Source: a virus
Taxonomy: Duplodnaviria > Caudoviricetes
Strand: one strand, 5' to 3'
Length of the DNA stretch: 64,000 nt
Virus record (IMG/VR): IMGVR_UViG_3300038679_000357
Coordinates: 96,001-160,000 of that record
Made by a program: the position numbers and the translations under genes. Positions 1-11,400 of the stretch are shown piece by piece. The notes below the pieces were generated by a model. That model was not told the DNA's origin. It ran no database searches and saw only the letters and a list, made by a program, of their open reading frames with translations. Position 1 is the stretch's first letter. The number at the start of each line of letters is the position of its first letter.

Positions 1-1308
1 CAACCCAAAAAACGACCGAAGAATATGTATTCCTGGAAACGGCTCAGAAACAAAGGTGAATATTTCAACAGCCAATAGTTTGTTTACGACAAGCCCAGAC
101 TTAGGGGCTTTTACTGCGTAGTAATAAATATGTTTACCATCACCCTTCATGTCAAAGACGTCCCTGACATTCAAAAACGTAGTAAGAAACTTCAATACAT
201 CATCACCAACCAGCCCCATCGCAGCAACGGCTTTCTTCGCTCGATCAGAAATCGGCATCCACGACTCCCCGTCACCCATCTGATCGTCCATCGTATCATA
301 CATAATCTCGCCAAAAGTTTTTGTACCAGTGCCAAGCGCTATCTTACACTTATCTTTGAATACTTCCACGCCAATTGTTTTGACAGCCAAATCTTGATCA
401 ACACCAGACTTAACAAGATCGTAGTATTTTTTTGCACGCCCCTCCATGTCAACAACCAGCGACACCAACACGTGGTACATTATTGAAGTAATACTTTTGC
501 CAGATGAATTAACAATCATGTACGGAGGAGAAAGTTTAACTCCATGTCGTGAAACATCCTTGCTTGATCCACTCCATTCCCCAATCGTTAATGGCTTATC
601 CCTAACTATAATAGCCCCTTCATTAACACTCCCTACCTGCGAAGAAACCAACTCTGCCATTCGCTCATTGTCAAAATCAGCCATAAGAACTGGGCGATCT
701 GCTAAATCTCCCGCATATACGTCAACACCAACTCTGCGAGCCATCGCATACATTCCAGGGAAATCATGTTCACATAAGCTATGAATTTCATAATCCATAA
801 ATGGGACTGGAGCGTTGGAGTAGGTGGGAGTAGAGTTTAGCTTAAAATTATCAACAATCCATCTAGTCACATCTTTCATTAAGATGTCACTTACGTTTTT
901 CCCTAATAAATACCCAGATCCTATCCGATAAACAACATTATTTGATCGGTCATAAAGAACTTGAATGGCACCTCGCACTCCACCACGGGCACCGGATTCA
1001 ACCCACATTCCGTTTTCATCCTGTGCATGCGTCTTTTCAACCTCAACAACCTTTTTTCTTGCAAGAGTCTTCACAGAAGGCTCGCGTCGACTTGAAGGAG
1101 GAACGGTTTCAAGTAACTTTTCAATTTCAGCATTAATAAACTTACGAACCACGACAGAAAGAGATAAGTTAGCTACGCGGTCAAGAACTTCTGTATGAGG
1201 AACATCACTGCCTGGATTGGCGTAAGATATTGCATATATATTATGACACGACTGTTTCTCTTTCGGAGAAAACTCGTCATACGTGGCGTTAGTTCTAATG
1301 GAGCCCAT
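1..1308 (-). CDS. Hypothetical protein, partial (>436 aa, runs off the window start); absent from the ORF track
   Basis: Manual translation of the minus strand from ATG at 1308 (MGSIRTNATYDEFSPKEKQ...) stays open to position 1. An in-frame TGA lies 3 codons upstream of the ATG. No motif recognised. Confidence 0.8.
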   Translation of the reverse strand, partial: MGSIRTNATYDEFSPKEKQSCHNIYAISYANPGSDVPHTEVLDRVANLSLSVVVRKFINAEIEKLLETVPPSSRREPSVKTLARKKVVEVEKTHAQDENGMWVESGARGGVRGAIQVLYDRSNNVVYRIGSGYLLGKNVSDILMKDVTRWIVDNFKLNSTPTYSNAPVPFMDYEIHSLCEHDFPGMYAMARRVGVDVYAGDLADRPVLMADFDNERMAELVSSQVGSVNEGAIIVRDKPLTIGEWSGSSKDVSRHGVKLSPPYMIVNSSGKSITSIMYHVLVSLVVDMEGRAKKYYDLVKSGVDQDLAVKTIGVEVFKDKCKIALGTGTKTFGEIMYDTMDDQMGDGESWMPISDRAKKAVAAMGLVGDDVLKFLTTFLNVRDVFDMKGDGKHIYYYAVKAPKSGLVVNKLLAVEIFTFVSEPFPGIHILRSFFGL

Positions 1309-1362
1309 GATAAATCATTCCAATATATGTCGTTTGATGATATTTATTCAAAACGACCAGGC

Positions 1363-3261
1363 TCAATCCTTCTCTCGATATACCACATCAATGTCGAAAT
1401 CTGGTGGATTCCATCGGCTACATCCGCCATCGCCACACAGCTCCCTATCCAAGAATAAAAGACTGGCATTCTCAAATCCAACTGTAGTCATGAATACTTC
1501 ACCGCCATAATGAGTAACCAGACCAAATCCATGCATCCAGTTACTCATTTCGACTTCATTATACCCTTGATCAAGATCGCCGAGCATTCCAATAAAATAT
1601 ACGCCCCTGCGAATTGATGGATTATGACAGTGCCCGACCATCGTATCACGTTCCATAGTCGAACTGATCTTATTGTGTCGATCGCTGCCAACAGCACCGT
1701 ATATTTTAGCGTCACCATGGATGTATTTCGCTCTACCGACCTCAAGGACCCCCTTTAGCCCAACCACTTCATAACCAGCCTTTGACGCTCCAAGCATTGA
1801 GTCGATGTCCAAGAGCTTCTTCAACGATGGAAATTTACCATGAAAATCCTGTAAGAAGCGACTATGATTTCCGATAAGATAATACCTTTTTTTAGACCAT
1901 TTGGCCATCTCTTGAAGAATACTGCTTGCCTTGCCGAATTCATTGACGATATCTTCATCAATGATTGGCTCATTACGATCCATTTTATGATGATTGAGAG
2001 AGGCGCAATTAACGTGATCTCCAAGATTTACAAGATAATCCGGCGACAGTAACGTGGAAACTCGGTCAACAACATCCAAGGCGGCAGGATCATGTGAAGA
2101 AACATGCGCATCTCCGACAACAAGACCAGCGGTTTCACAGTTGTCGATATCAGTTTCAGTAAACACAAACCTACCATATGCCGAACAGAATCCACGTGAA
2201 GTTTTTTTAATCCTCAAGGGATAAATAGATGACTTTAAGTCTTTCGAAACATGCACGACAATCATACCATGTTCCCATAATTCAGCCACTTCCCCCTGAC
2301 GACGTCCACAACGATTATGGTCGAGAGCCCTTGTCTCCACGTCTTCCATTGATGGATTTGACGGGATCGTCTTCAATGGACGACGACGCATGTGATTTTC
2401 GCATAGGCATCCGGGAGAGACTATTCGACAGATATGATCGTTTTTAGTAAGCGTATGCATTTCATGAGAGTGACGACCTACAATAACTGCTGCACAATCC
2501 TGTTCAAGAGACAGTATATTCTTCGTACTGCCGACCGTATAATCATCACGAACAGCTTGATTCCTCACTACCACATCTCCGAGAATCACATCTTTGCGAA
2601 CGATTTTCACCGTTCGCCTTATCGCGTTTTCGGCAGATAATTCACGAATCTCTTCTGGAAGAGCAAGGACTACAACTCCATCCTTCCTAGCAATCGAAGA
2701 GATGTTGCCAAAATTATCCATTGCGTGTCCGATATGAATAATCTTCGCTCCAAGATATTCTGCCGCCACGCCGACAACATTCGATACCTTTTCATTCTCA
2801 TATGCCCCATGACTATCGCCAACAATAATATACGTGCCCTCGCCGTACACTTCGTCTTTAATAAAATGAACTCCCTTCACGCCTGTAATTATCTCAGCAG
2901 CCCGGTTCCTTATCGTTAAAAAATCATCCTGCGAAAGATCGCCTTTATATTTCTCCATGAATTTATGATAGCTCATCTTAGAGACGATTCTGACCTCAGA
3001 CTGACACATAATAGCTAAAGAAATGGCGGCGGTTTCAATTACGTCATCATCTGCAATAGATTTACTGTCGCCGCAATCGGTATTAGAGTCATTGCTTGAT
3101 TGACGAGCAGATTTATCGAGACTGGAAACTTTCTTGACAGAAGAAATCTTACAGTCAATGCAAACGTCATCGACAGAAAATTGCTCTGTGTCATTATCAA
3201 AATCTACGATAGGAAACTGCATGTGGTTTTTCTCTAAACCGCAACTCACGCACTTTTTCAC
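1363..3261 (-). CDS. Zn-finger plus tandem calcineurin-like metallophosphoesterase (degenerate domain + intact domain), 632 aa
   Basis: N-terminal CxxC...CxxC. The C-terminal domain has all five motifs (GDAH, GDHVN, GNH, HG, GHCH). The middle domain has GDSH, GHAMD and GRHSH. GTG start with GGAGG upstream. Confidence 0.8.
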   Translation of the reverse strand: MKKCVSCGLEKNHMQFPIVDFDNDTEQFSVDDVCIDCKISSVKKVSSLDKSARQSSNDSNTDCGDSKSIADDDVIETAAISLAIMCQSEVRIVSKMSYHKFMEKYKGDLSQDDFLTIRNRAAEIITGVKGVHFIKDEVYGEGTYIIVGDSHGAYENEKVSNVVGVAAEYLGAKIIHIGHAMDNFGNISSIARKDGVVVLALPEEIRELSAENAIRRTVKIVRKDVILGDVVVRNQAVRDDYTVGSTKNILSLEQDCAAVIVGRHSHEMHTLTKNDHICRIVSPGCLCENHMRRRPLKTIPSNPSMEDVETRALDHNRCGRRQGEVAELWEHGMIVVHVSKDLKSSIYPLRIKKTSRGFCSAYGRFVFTETDIDNCETAGLVVGDAHVSSHDPAALDVVDRVSTLLSPDYLVNLGDHVNCASLNHHKMDRNEPIIDEDIVNEFGKASSILQEMAKWSKKRYYLIGNHSRFLQDFHGKFPSLKKLLDIDSMLGASKAGYEVVGLKGVLEVGRAKYIHGDAKIYGAVGSDRHNKISSTMERDTMVGHCHNPSIRRGVYFIGMLGDLDQGYNEVEMSNWMHGFGLVTHYGGEVFMTTVGFENASLLFLDRELCGDGGCSRWNPPDFDIDVVYREKD

Positions 3262-3879
3262 TTAGTCCTCCATTGACTTTGACAACTTGTCGTAATACGC
3301 CTGCTTGTCTTTTTCATACCGTTCCTGATCTCCGCGAAACATATGGTGGTGAATGCATACCGGAATCCTGCCAATTCCGCCAACACCAGACAATTCGATG
3401 GATTGTACAACGCCTTCGTGTACTCGACCAGAAAAGAAGATTTGCTCCATCCGCTTAAACATTCTCGTCTGCATATCTGGATAGAACGGAGAAGTAAAAT
3501 ATGGGGAGTCATGATCATGGGATGGATAATGGTTCTTCCGGATCATCTGATAAGCCACTACGCCAGACTCATCAGCCATATCCATAGCCCTTCTTATAGC
3601 ATCTGTCTTTTCGCCCTCTAAGTGTTCGTCGGCGTCAAGCATCAAGATCCAAGACCTATTGCATTTGGCGATTAGGAAATTTCTAGCTGCTGAAAAATCA
3701 TCAATCCACTTGAAGTCGTATATCTCGGCACCCATTCTCTCGCAAATTTGCTTCGTGGAATCTGTAGATCCAGTATCCACTACGATCAGTTCATCGACCA
3801 CCCTACATACGGAAAGTATGCTGCGTTCGATATATTTTTCTTCATTCTTGAGTATATAAGCCAATGATATTCCACTCAT
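3262..3879 (-). CDS. GT2-family glycosyltransferase (beta-1,4-glucosyltransferase-like), 205 aa
   Basis: KNEE...VVDTGSTDST...WIDDFSAARN...LDADE and FSGRVHE motifs. Confidence 0.9.
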   Translation of the reverse strand: MSGISLAYILKNEEKYIERSILSVCRVVDELIVVDTGSTDSTKQICERMGAEIYDFKWIDDFSAARNFLIAKCNRSWILMLDADEHLEGEKTDAIRRAMDMADESGVVAYQMIRKNHYPSHDHDSPYFTSPFYPDMQTRMFKRMEQIFFSGRVHEGVVQSIELSGVGGIGRIPVCIHHHMFRGDQERYEKDKQAYYDKLSKSMED

Positions 3880-5396
3880 TGCAGAAGTCCTACAACTCTA
3901 TTGACAGCGCTTTTCCAAGTATATCTATCAAGAACCTCTTTACGAAGACGATTAGCCCGTTCCGCGACAACTTCATTTCCAGATACGACCATCTTCATGT
4001 GCGCAGATGCCTGCTCTACCTGCTCCATTCCAACTCGCCATAACTTCTGACCTTGATAAAAATACGAAATTGCAGACAATTCCTGTGGGCAATCCTCAGT
4101 TCCAGTACACTCTACCACAAACGAATTATCACGCCTAAGATACTCCGACATACCTGAATGAAGGCATGATATTACAGGCAATCCACGGGCAGCAGCCTCA
4201 ATCTGCGTTAAACTAAACCCCTCTCCTCTCGAAAGGTGAACGTAACAATCACAGGAGTCATATAACGATGGCATATCATCGATAGGAATGACGTTGTTAC
4301 ACAGCAATACTTGCGGAAGATCAGTTTTTCTATCCAAGTAGCGATCGAGAGTACCCTTAACAGTGTCAATGGAATACTGCGTCGAAATCACGAGACATAC
4401 ATCGTCTTCTTCATGAAATGACCTTACGAACGATTTAATGATAGCGTCGTATCCTTTTCTTAAATTCCACTGAATCACCGTCAAAAACTTAAATTTACCA
4501 ATACCATCAGTTGGTGGGCGACCATAAACACTTTTACATGTCGATAGATCATAGGATCTTTTTGATGACGAATATAATTTTTCATCAATCCCCAAGGGGA
4601 CTACTTTAATTGGTTTTCTAACACCTCCATTCCGAAATAATTCAGCGTTAGCTACAGACGGAACCCATACCTCATCACTATATGTATTGCAATAACGAGA
4701 AAAATCACCATGCAGCGTCGATGTCTCCATCATTGTAAAAAATATTGATTTTCCGCCATGGCGTCCATGCGGCATTGGAGTAAATGCATAAACTTTCGGA
4801 TATCGACTATCATGTGGGCGTAATATAGATAGCGAGCGAAGAAGTTTTTCCGTTTTCTTATCAACCTGCGCTACAGTAGGGTAAATATCTGGTATTGGAA
4901 CAAAACCACGACAAAAAAGACGTGACACAATCTCGCGGTTCATATTGGCGTATCCACCTGCATCAAGAAAAGAGCCCCACCATCCAACTGGTTTAGCAGA
5001 AGAAAAAAAGCGTCCATCGCGCATTTCTTCTAAGGTAGAAGCGTCAATCTGCCTGATGCTAGGAACCATCTCCTCAAACAAACGATGAAAATTACCATCA
5101 ACTCGAAACTTTGCTTGCCCCATTCTTTTTTGCCGAATAATATTACGAGATTTATCAACTTCACTTTTCGGCAATAAAAACAGGCGACCATCAGTAGATT
5201 CAGTTCCTATTGGAATATCATCCTCAAATATAATTTTATAGCCTGGATGAGCTTCAGGAAAATCAGCAGTAATGGAAGAAATTGATACCCCAGGATACAT
5301 CAGAGAAACGTCAGTAGTCGAAAAAACAGTCCCTCTTGCATTATCGTTGGAAACAGCTAATATCCGCAAGGAATCAATTTCATATACGACGAACAT
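3876..5396 (-). CDS. GT4-family (GT-B) glycosyltransferase with N-terminal extension, 506 aa
   Basis: FLTVIQWNLRKGYD and SRGEGFSLTQIEAAARGLPVI (E-x7-E) motifs; ATGA overlap with the downstream GT2 gene. Confidence 0.9.
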   Translation of the reverse strand: MFVVYEIDSLRILAVSNDNARGTVFSTTDVSLMYPGVSISSITADFPEAHPGYKIIFEDDIPIGTESTDGRLFLLPKSEVDKSRNIIRQKRMGQAKFRVDGNFHRLFEEMVPSIRQIDASTLEEMRDGRFFSSAKPVGWWGSFLDAGGYANMNREIVSRLFCRGFVPIPDIYPTVAQVDKKTEKLLRSLSILRPHDSRYPKVYAFTPMPHGRHGGKSIFFTMMETSTLHGDFSRYCNTYSDEVWVPSVANAELFRNGGVRKPIKVVPLGIDEKLYSSSKRSYDLSTCKSVYGRPPTDGIGKFKFLTVIQWNLRKGYDAIIKSFVRSFHEEDDVCLVISTQYSIDTVKGTLDRYLDRKTDLPQVLLCNNVIPIDDMPSLYDSCDCYVHLSRGEGFSLTQIEAAARGLPVISCLHSGMSEYLRRDNSFVVECTGTEDCPQELSAISYFYQGQKLWRVGMEQVEQASAHMKMVVSGNEVVAERANRLRKEVLDRYTWKSAVNRVVGLLQ

Positions 5397-5404
5397 CTAT
5401 CCAC

Positions 5405-8400
5405 CTATTTGTATGTGGATACGGAAGCCTTTCGGATAATGGAGACGGTTCCTCCGTCCACGGAAACGTTATCCTCGCTTCCCGCTCTCTCTTCTATAAT
5501 ATACACCGCGTTCAAGTCTCCCTTCATCGAATATTCTGCAACGGCATCTCCATACACAGTCGTAAATACAATGTAATCACCAACATGAAACCTCCCAGAC
5601 ATCTTTGTAGACAAAGAAATTGAGGATATTTCACGGAAGGATCTATTACGTATTGTAATCATATTTCCGTTAGTTGTATACCATAAGTCTACCTTAGCTC
5701 TAATTACCCCAGAATGTTCGAATGCGCTTCCGGCATCAAAGGAATACATGGAAGAATAAGTTGAATCAAGCCTGTGAATTATGTATGAAGATCCATCCAG
5801 CACACAAACATACAATGAATCATCCATGTGATGGAATGATGTTGGCGTTCCAGACACCCCTAAAACAACATTTCTTTCGATCAAAGTAAGATTTTCCCGC
5901 AATGTTGAGATAAAGATCCCAGAAGAAGAGTAGCCTAGAACATAAATAACGGTATTATGGACGGTTTGATCGACGAGAACGTCTTCCGCTGTGCCAATCA
6001 AATTATTATAAACCACAGATTGCTTTGCAAGAGTTTTTGATGGCTCCATGCCCAATTCTGAAAAATCAGTTTCCAAAGCCGAATAAACTGGTCTTCTGTC
6101 ATTATCATACATGTATGATCGGTCTACGGGACGATACATTGTTCCAATATAATCCAGAGACGCCGATGAGGGACCTTTGTTCACGATATCTACTGCGATA
6201 CGGAATAACGGTCGCATAGATAGCGTAACGGTAAATACGTCGGACAAAGGTTGCGCCTGTCCAAATACGAACGTTCCAGAATTACTGTCATAAGTGTATT
6301 CTCGATCTGAAACAATACTGCCGTATTTATCAGATTCCGTCACCCGGTACATTTCTACAACGTAATCCTGAGACCAACCGCCATACGCGGTGATATAGGT
6401 CGCTGCATCTTTCCTTACGAGCAATTCATTAACTCTACTTAGAACGATGCCACCATAGCCATCCTTCATTGCTGGTTGCTGATCTGACCAATACCATTCC
6501 CGTCCAACGTCGTCTGAATGTTTCACTCCATATGATACAGATGATGTAACTGGAACATTTCCATGGTGAGAAAAGATAATCTCGCCAACGTATCCATCCT
6601 TCCCATCATTTACTGGTATAGGCTGGAACATCAAAGTATAACGACGTGGTTCGTAATATTCGTACGCGGCAGAAACAAATGATGGCGACTCGAACGTATC
6701 TGGATCTCCACGGAAAGAAACGCGATACTCCATATACCTATTCACCATTCCGTATGATGACAAATCAAAATCTGTTCCAACTCCAATATCAATCCATTCT
6801 CCGAAATTCACCCCATCAGAACTAAAGCGGATTGAAAAGGTCAACCCCGAAACCCCAGGTGTCGTAACCATAAACGAAAGACGATCAAACAACTTTTCCT
6901 CACCAAGATCAATGATATTTGAATACCACCCAGTGACTAAATCAAAAGAGGGAGAATTAACAATAGAATCAACAACATATCCTGGAATAGAAACTGCATC
7001 CTCCACGTCTGAGACTTCCACTGGAAATCCGCCAAGAGAAGATGTAAATTTACGTACAACAAGATCATCATACGGTTCAGTGCGTTCAAGTTTCACAAAA
7101 ACCAATTCAACTGGATCTTCTGCATCTACCGATTTCAACTCAGACACAGCTTGATCATATGATAAATCTGAGTTGGATTCACCTCCGTCAGAAACAACAA
7201 CAACAACTTTCTTTGACGATGATAAATCCTGAGAAAAAGTGACCATTCTGCGAGCTGCTAATGCCAACGCATCATTCAACCTACTTGGTCCGATTTCAGA
7301 GAAGCTTTCAAGAACCTTATTGAAAATCAGCTCGTCAGTCTCTGGTTTAACGATCAATGATGGCGACGAAACAGAAGGGAACCAATGCATATCGCTTGTT
7401 ACAAGTGATTTATCTATGGCTTTCAATTCTTCCGGAAGACCTGGAATGAATGCTTCAGTCTTCAACACGGCTATAGTGCGAGGAGCATTATCATTACCGA
7501 CGACAACAATCCCATTATCATCTTTCTCTGTTTTAGATTCAATATCGTTATACTCATAAAAGCCAAAGTCTGCAAAAATACGAGTTCCATCCTCTACCGG
7601 TATATCGCCACCAGAAGTTCTAATGTAAGCATGAAATAGCATTGTATATCCTGGATCATATCCATGCATTCTGGCAGAAAATCCTGAAACAATCTTCCCG
7701 TCAACATATTGTGAAGTTGTCGGAATAATCTCTAATACATATCCCGAATCTCCTCCGGTGGTAGCAACTCCAGGGTAGCTAAATGCATAGTTATCCAACG
7801 ACCTGGATATACGAGAACCATCAGGTAAAGTTTTTCCATCGTCGTAATTAGCTTGAGCCTTGACTGCAAAAGCAACCGTTTTATTGGAAATTGGACCAAT
7901 ACCGATCACGGCAACCGACTTTACTATATGTGAATGAAGATTTGACACCCCGCCAGAAAGATCATATACCTCTTCAGACATCGGTGAAGTGGCATAAATA
8001 TTAACGGAATGAACGTGGTCCGGTATAGAGACGCCTTTTGAGTAGGTTACTGTACTTGTGGTAACTCCCTTTCCATTATCATCCACCGACATTTCATGAT
8101 AATGATCAAAATCAAATGAAGTTCGAAGATAATGCGTAGCAGCCTCATCAAAATCAAGAGAACATACAGTCCTATCCTCAAATCGTGAAAACTCAACGCC
8201 TTCCTTCGTTATCTTAACTGATCCAACGTCAAAAGAAACCATCGGTAAAGGATTATCGGAACGACCAACAATAAAGGTATCATGCCAAGTGAGTTCAGCT
8301 ACTGCAACATAACGACTTACCCCATCTCGCTTTAATGGATGGCTATAGGTATCATATCCTGAAGACTTGGGAGACTCTCCATTCGGCTGTTTTCGCCAAT

Positions 8401-11400
8401 CATTCTGCTGATACTCAGACTTATCTACTGGCTCAATATACACAGTAACGCCAAATGGCTCTACAAGATTGACTCTCGGTTTAGGTATTTTTGCCTGACC
8501 GCCACTTATTGTTTCAGTCAAGAACGATACGGTGTCGCTCTCTATTCCTATTCCAGACAAACCATATTTGCGAGATTTAGTGAATAAAGAAATAAATGCA
8601 CATTCCGGAGAATTACACGGATTTGGATCGTCTGGATCTGATTCACGATATGGCGGACGACCGATAAACATGTTAGAGTATAAGCGGTTGCTAACCCAAC
8701 CATAGGGAACGTCAGTATCGTGCTCAACTGGACCTTCAGAAGGCTCTCTACTTGACCATTTTGGCAAGCGTGTACCAACAGTCAATCCAGAACCACTATA
8801 AACCACGCCCATTGCAGACTGAATCAAGTCATCAGCAACTGTGTCAATATAAGGGAAATCTCTAAAAGATGACGCGGGAAGGTCTCCATTTATCGTAACA
8901 TAATCTATTCCGTCTGCCCATATCCTTTTCTGTCCGTGATAAACAGAGGATGGATTTGTATTGTAGCCAGAAGCGTAAAAATAGAAGTTCCCGCCAGACT
9001 GAGCTTGTTCACGCATCCATTCTACTTGACCTTCTTTCTTGGCGGTGAAGCCACGATATGTGCAAATAGCAGTTATCCCCTCAAACTCCCCCCTACCATT
9101 ATCTTCTAATGCGGCAAGACCGGTTGGCGCAGGTATCGGCTCATGAGGACCGAGAAGAACACCGTCAGCCACGCCTGACTCAGTTTGACTGACGGAAGGG
9201 GACATTTGCGTGCTTGTTGCCTCAAAATTAACCATAGTGCCATCAGAAACTGGCTCCACAGCCTTCCACGATACGTAAGCGCCTATATTATGCCTCGTTT
9301 CACCATCCGCCACGGATGGACCCATACCAGACATAGTTATAACAACTGGATTCCTATAATAAATTTTCTGCTTATTAACGACCTTAGATATACCATCATC
9401 CATTTCGAAAGATGCGTGGATATCAAGCAATGCAACTCTATTGAGAGGAGGTAGAGTAATTGTTGCAATTCCAGAAACAACTTTAACGGTATACTGCACA
9501 ACGTCAAGAAGATCATTGGCGAGAAGTGACTGTTCAGTAGAAATAGTGTACGGATCATCGTCATTAACTGTGCTAAAAACATTCTCTCCACCACCCATTG
9601 CCTCATTATCTCCGCACCCATCCAAGTCTGGAAGATCGTCATCTGCAGCTAATCTAGTATCTATTGTTCTTCGCGCATCATAAATTGCTACTCTCAATAC
9701 ACCATTTGCCGGGAAGCCCTTGTCTGTAATATTGTATGTAATGTTTATGTCATATGGATCTGTGGCGTAAGTCCCAGGAACAATTTGATCGTAAGTTGAT
9801 ACAGCTCCATCTTCATCGACTGATTGACACTGCTGAAAAACTGTTGTTCTATCCACGGCATTGGTGATATATATCGGACAGGCGAAATAAATATCAGTAC
9901 CCTTAACAAGGATAACTGCATTCCGATTACCAGAATCATCAAACATTGTAACCACTGGATTGACAGTATATTTTTTAGCGAGATACCTTACAGTTGATAA
10001 ACTTCCTATTTGCTGCTCTGTCAATTCAGTTGCGAATGACTTCATTTGAGTTGATGCGTACCCACCAATCGATTCCACCTTATGATCCATGGTGAAATCA
10101 GGAATGCCGTCATAATATACTGGCTCTTCAACAACCTCGTTTGACGTCGAAGATGACTGTACATAATCGGAGTCATCCACTCCCTCTTTCATCTCCCCCT
10201 TTTCCATATCTTCAATCGCCTTGGCGCGAACTTGATCTCGTTCACTTGGGTTGAACATCGACTTAGCCAAAGCATCTCGAACTGATGAATTTTCAAACCT
10301 ATCTTCTGTTATCGGACAGACTCTAACGGCGGACCATCCATTTTTGGTCATAATCTCTACTGACGAACGCTTCACTCTTGTTGGATCTGTATTGTAAAAA
10401 TCAGGATTTGCAGATGGATCTACCTGGGGTGGATCTAATGGGTCCAACAACGAAGGATCGTGAAGTGCGTGCGTGAAAATCGGTGTGATATCAACAAGGT
10501 TTACCGTCATCGGAAGTTTTTCCGACACATTGACATCTACTTTAGCGCCAATTTCCGTAGATGGAGTTACAATAGCTGCATGTTTTGACATCAAAAAAGA
10601 CGACGGCATCGCATCCGCGATTCCGACCACTCCAGATTGATCGATAGATGATACCGTTGTTGCATGATAGGCTACAGTCTCTCCTTCAGCAACTTTGTAG
10701 GCGTTCCGGTCATCATCAATAATATCAATGGAATCACCACGCTTTATAGATGAAGCATCCTGCGGAGATATATATATGATTGTTGCCCCAGATGAAGCAT
10801 CTGAAATTAAATAAATTGTTTTCTGTTTGGCTGCATCGCTATTCATCTCTTCAGTTGGCTCTTTATCAACATAAAACTCTACTATTGTTCCGTCTGGAAG
10901 CGGCTCTCCTTCTGCATCAACTGTATCAATTTCCAGGAGTGCGGTTTCATCCATGAAGTACAATTGATAGAATTCCCACGATGACATCGGCTTAAACACC
11001 CACTCTATATGAGCGCCATTTGCAGTCTGAACAAAAAATACAATATCAGATCCATTAAGTGGATCGACTACATAAAATTCAAACGCATCAGTTTTATCCC
11101 ATCCAGTAAGTGATTGAGCAGTATACCTTTCGATCATCGCCCCATTAGAAAGTGATGTCCCGATATATACTTCAGGATCAATTACTATTGCAATCGAAGA
11201 AACATAAGTGATATTTTTCGGCTGCTCAATAGAAGAAATAGAAGATATTCGAACTTGATCATCAACAATAAACGTATGCTCACCAACAACTATAGAGGTA
11301 TCACCTGGCTGAATATCTGATTCTGGTCGAGAAACAGTATAATCGTTAGAAAATCCGTAAACATACCTAATAGCATCCCTTCCAGATGAAGTTGAAACGG

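Noticed and set aside
3876-5396. N-terminal ~100 aa of GT4 as a tail-fibre-assembly-like virion anchor
   Set aside because: Only a vague compositional resemblance, with no motif I can defend.
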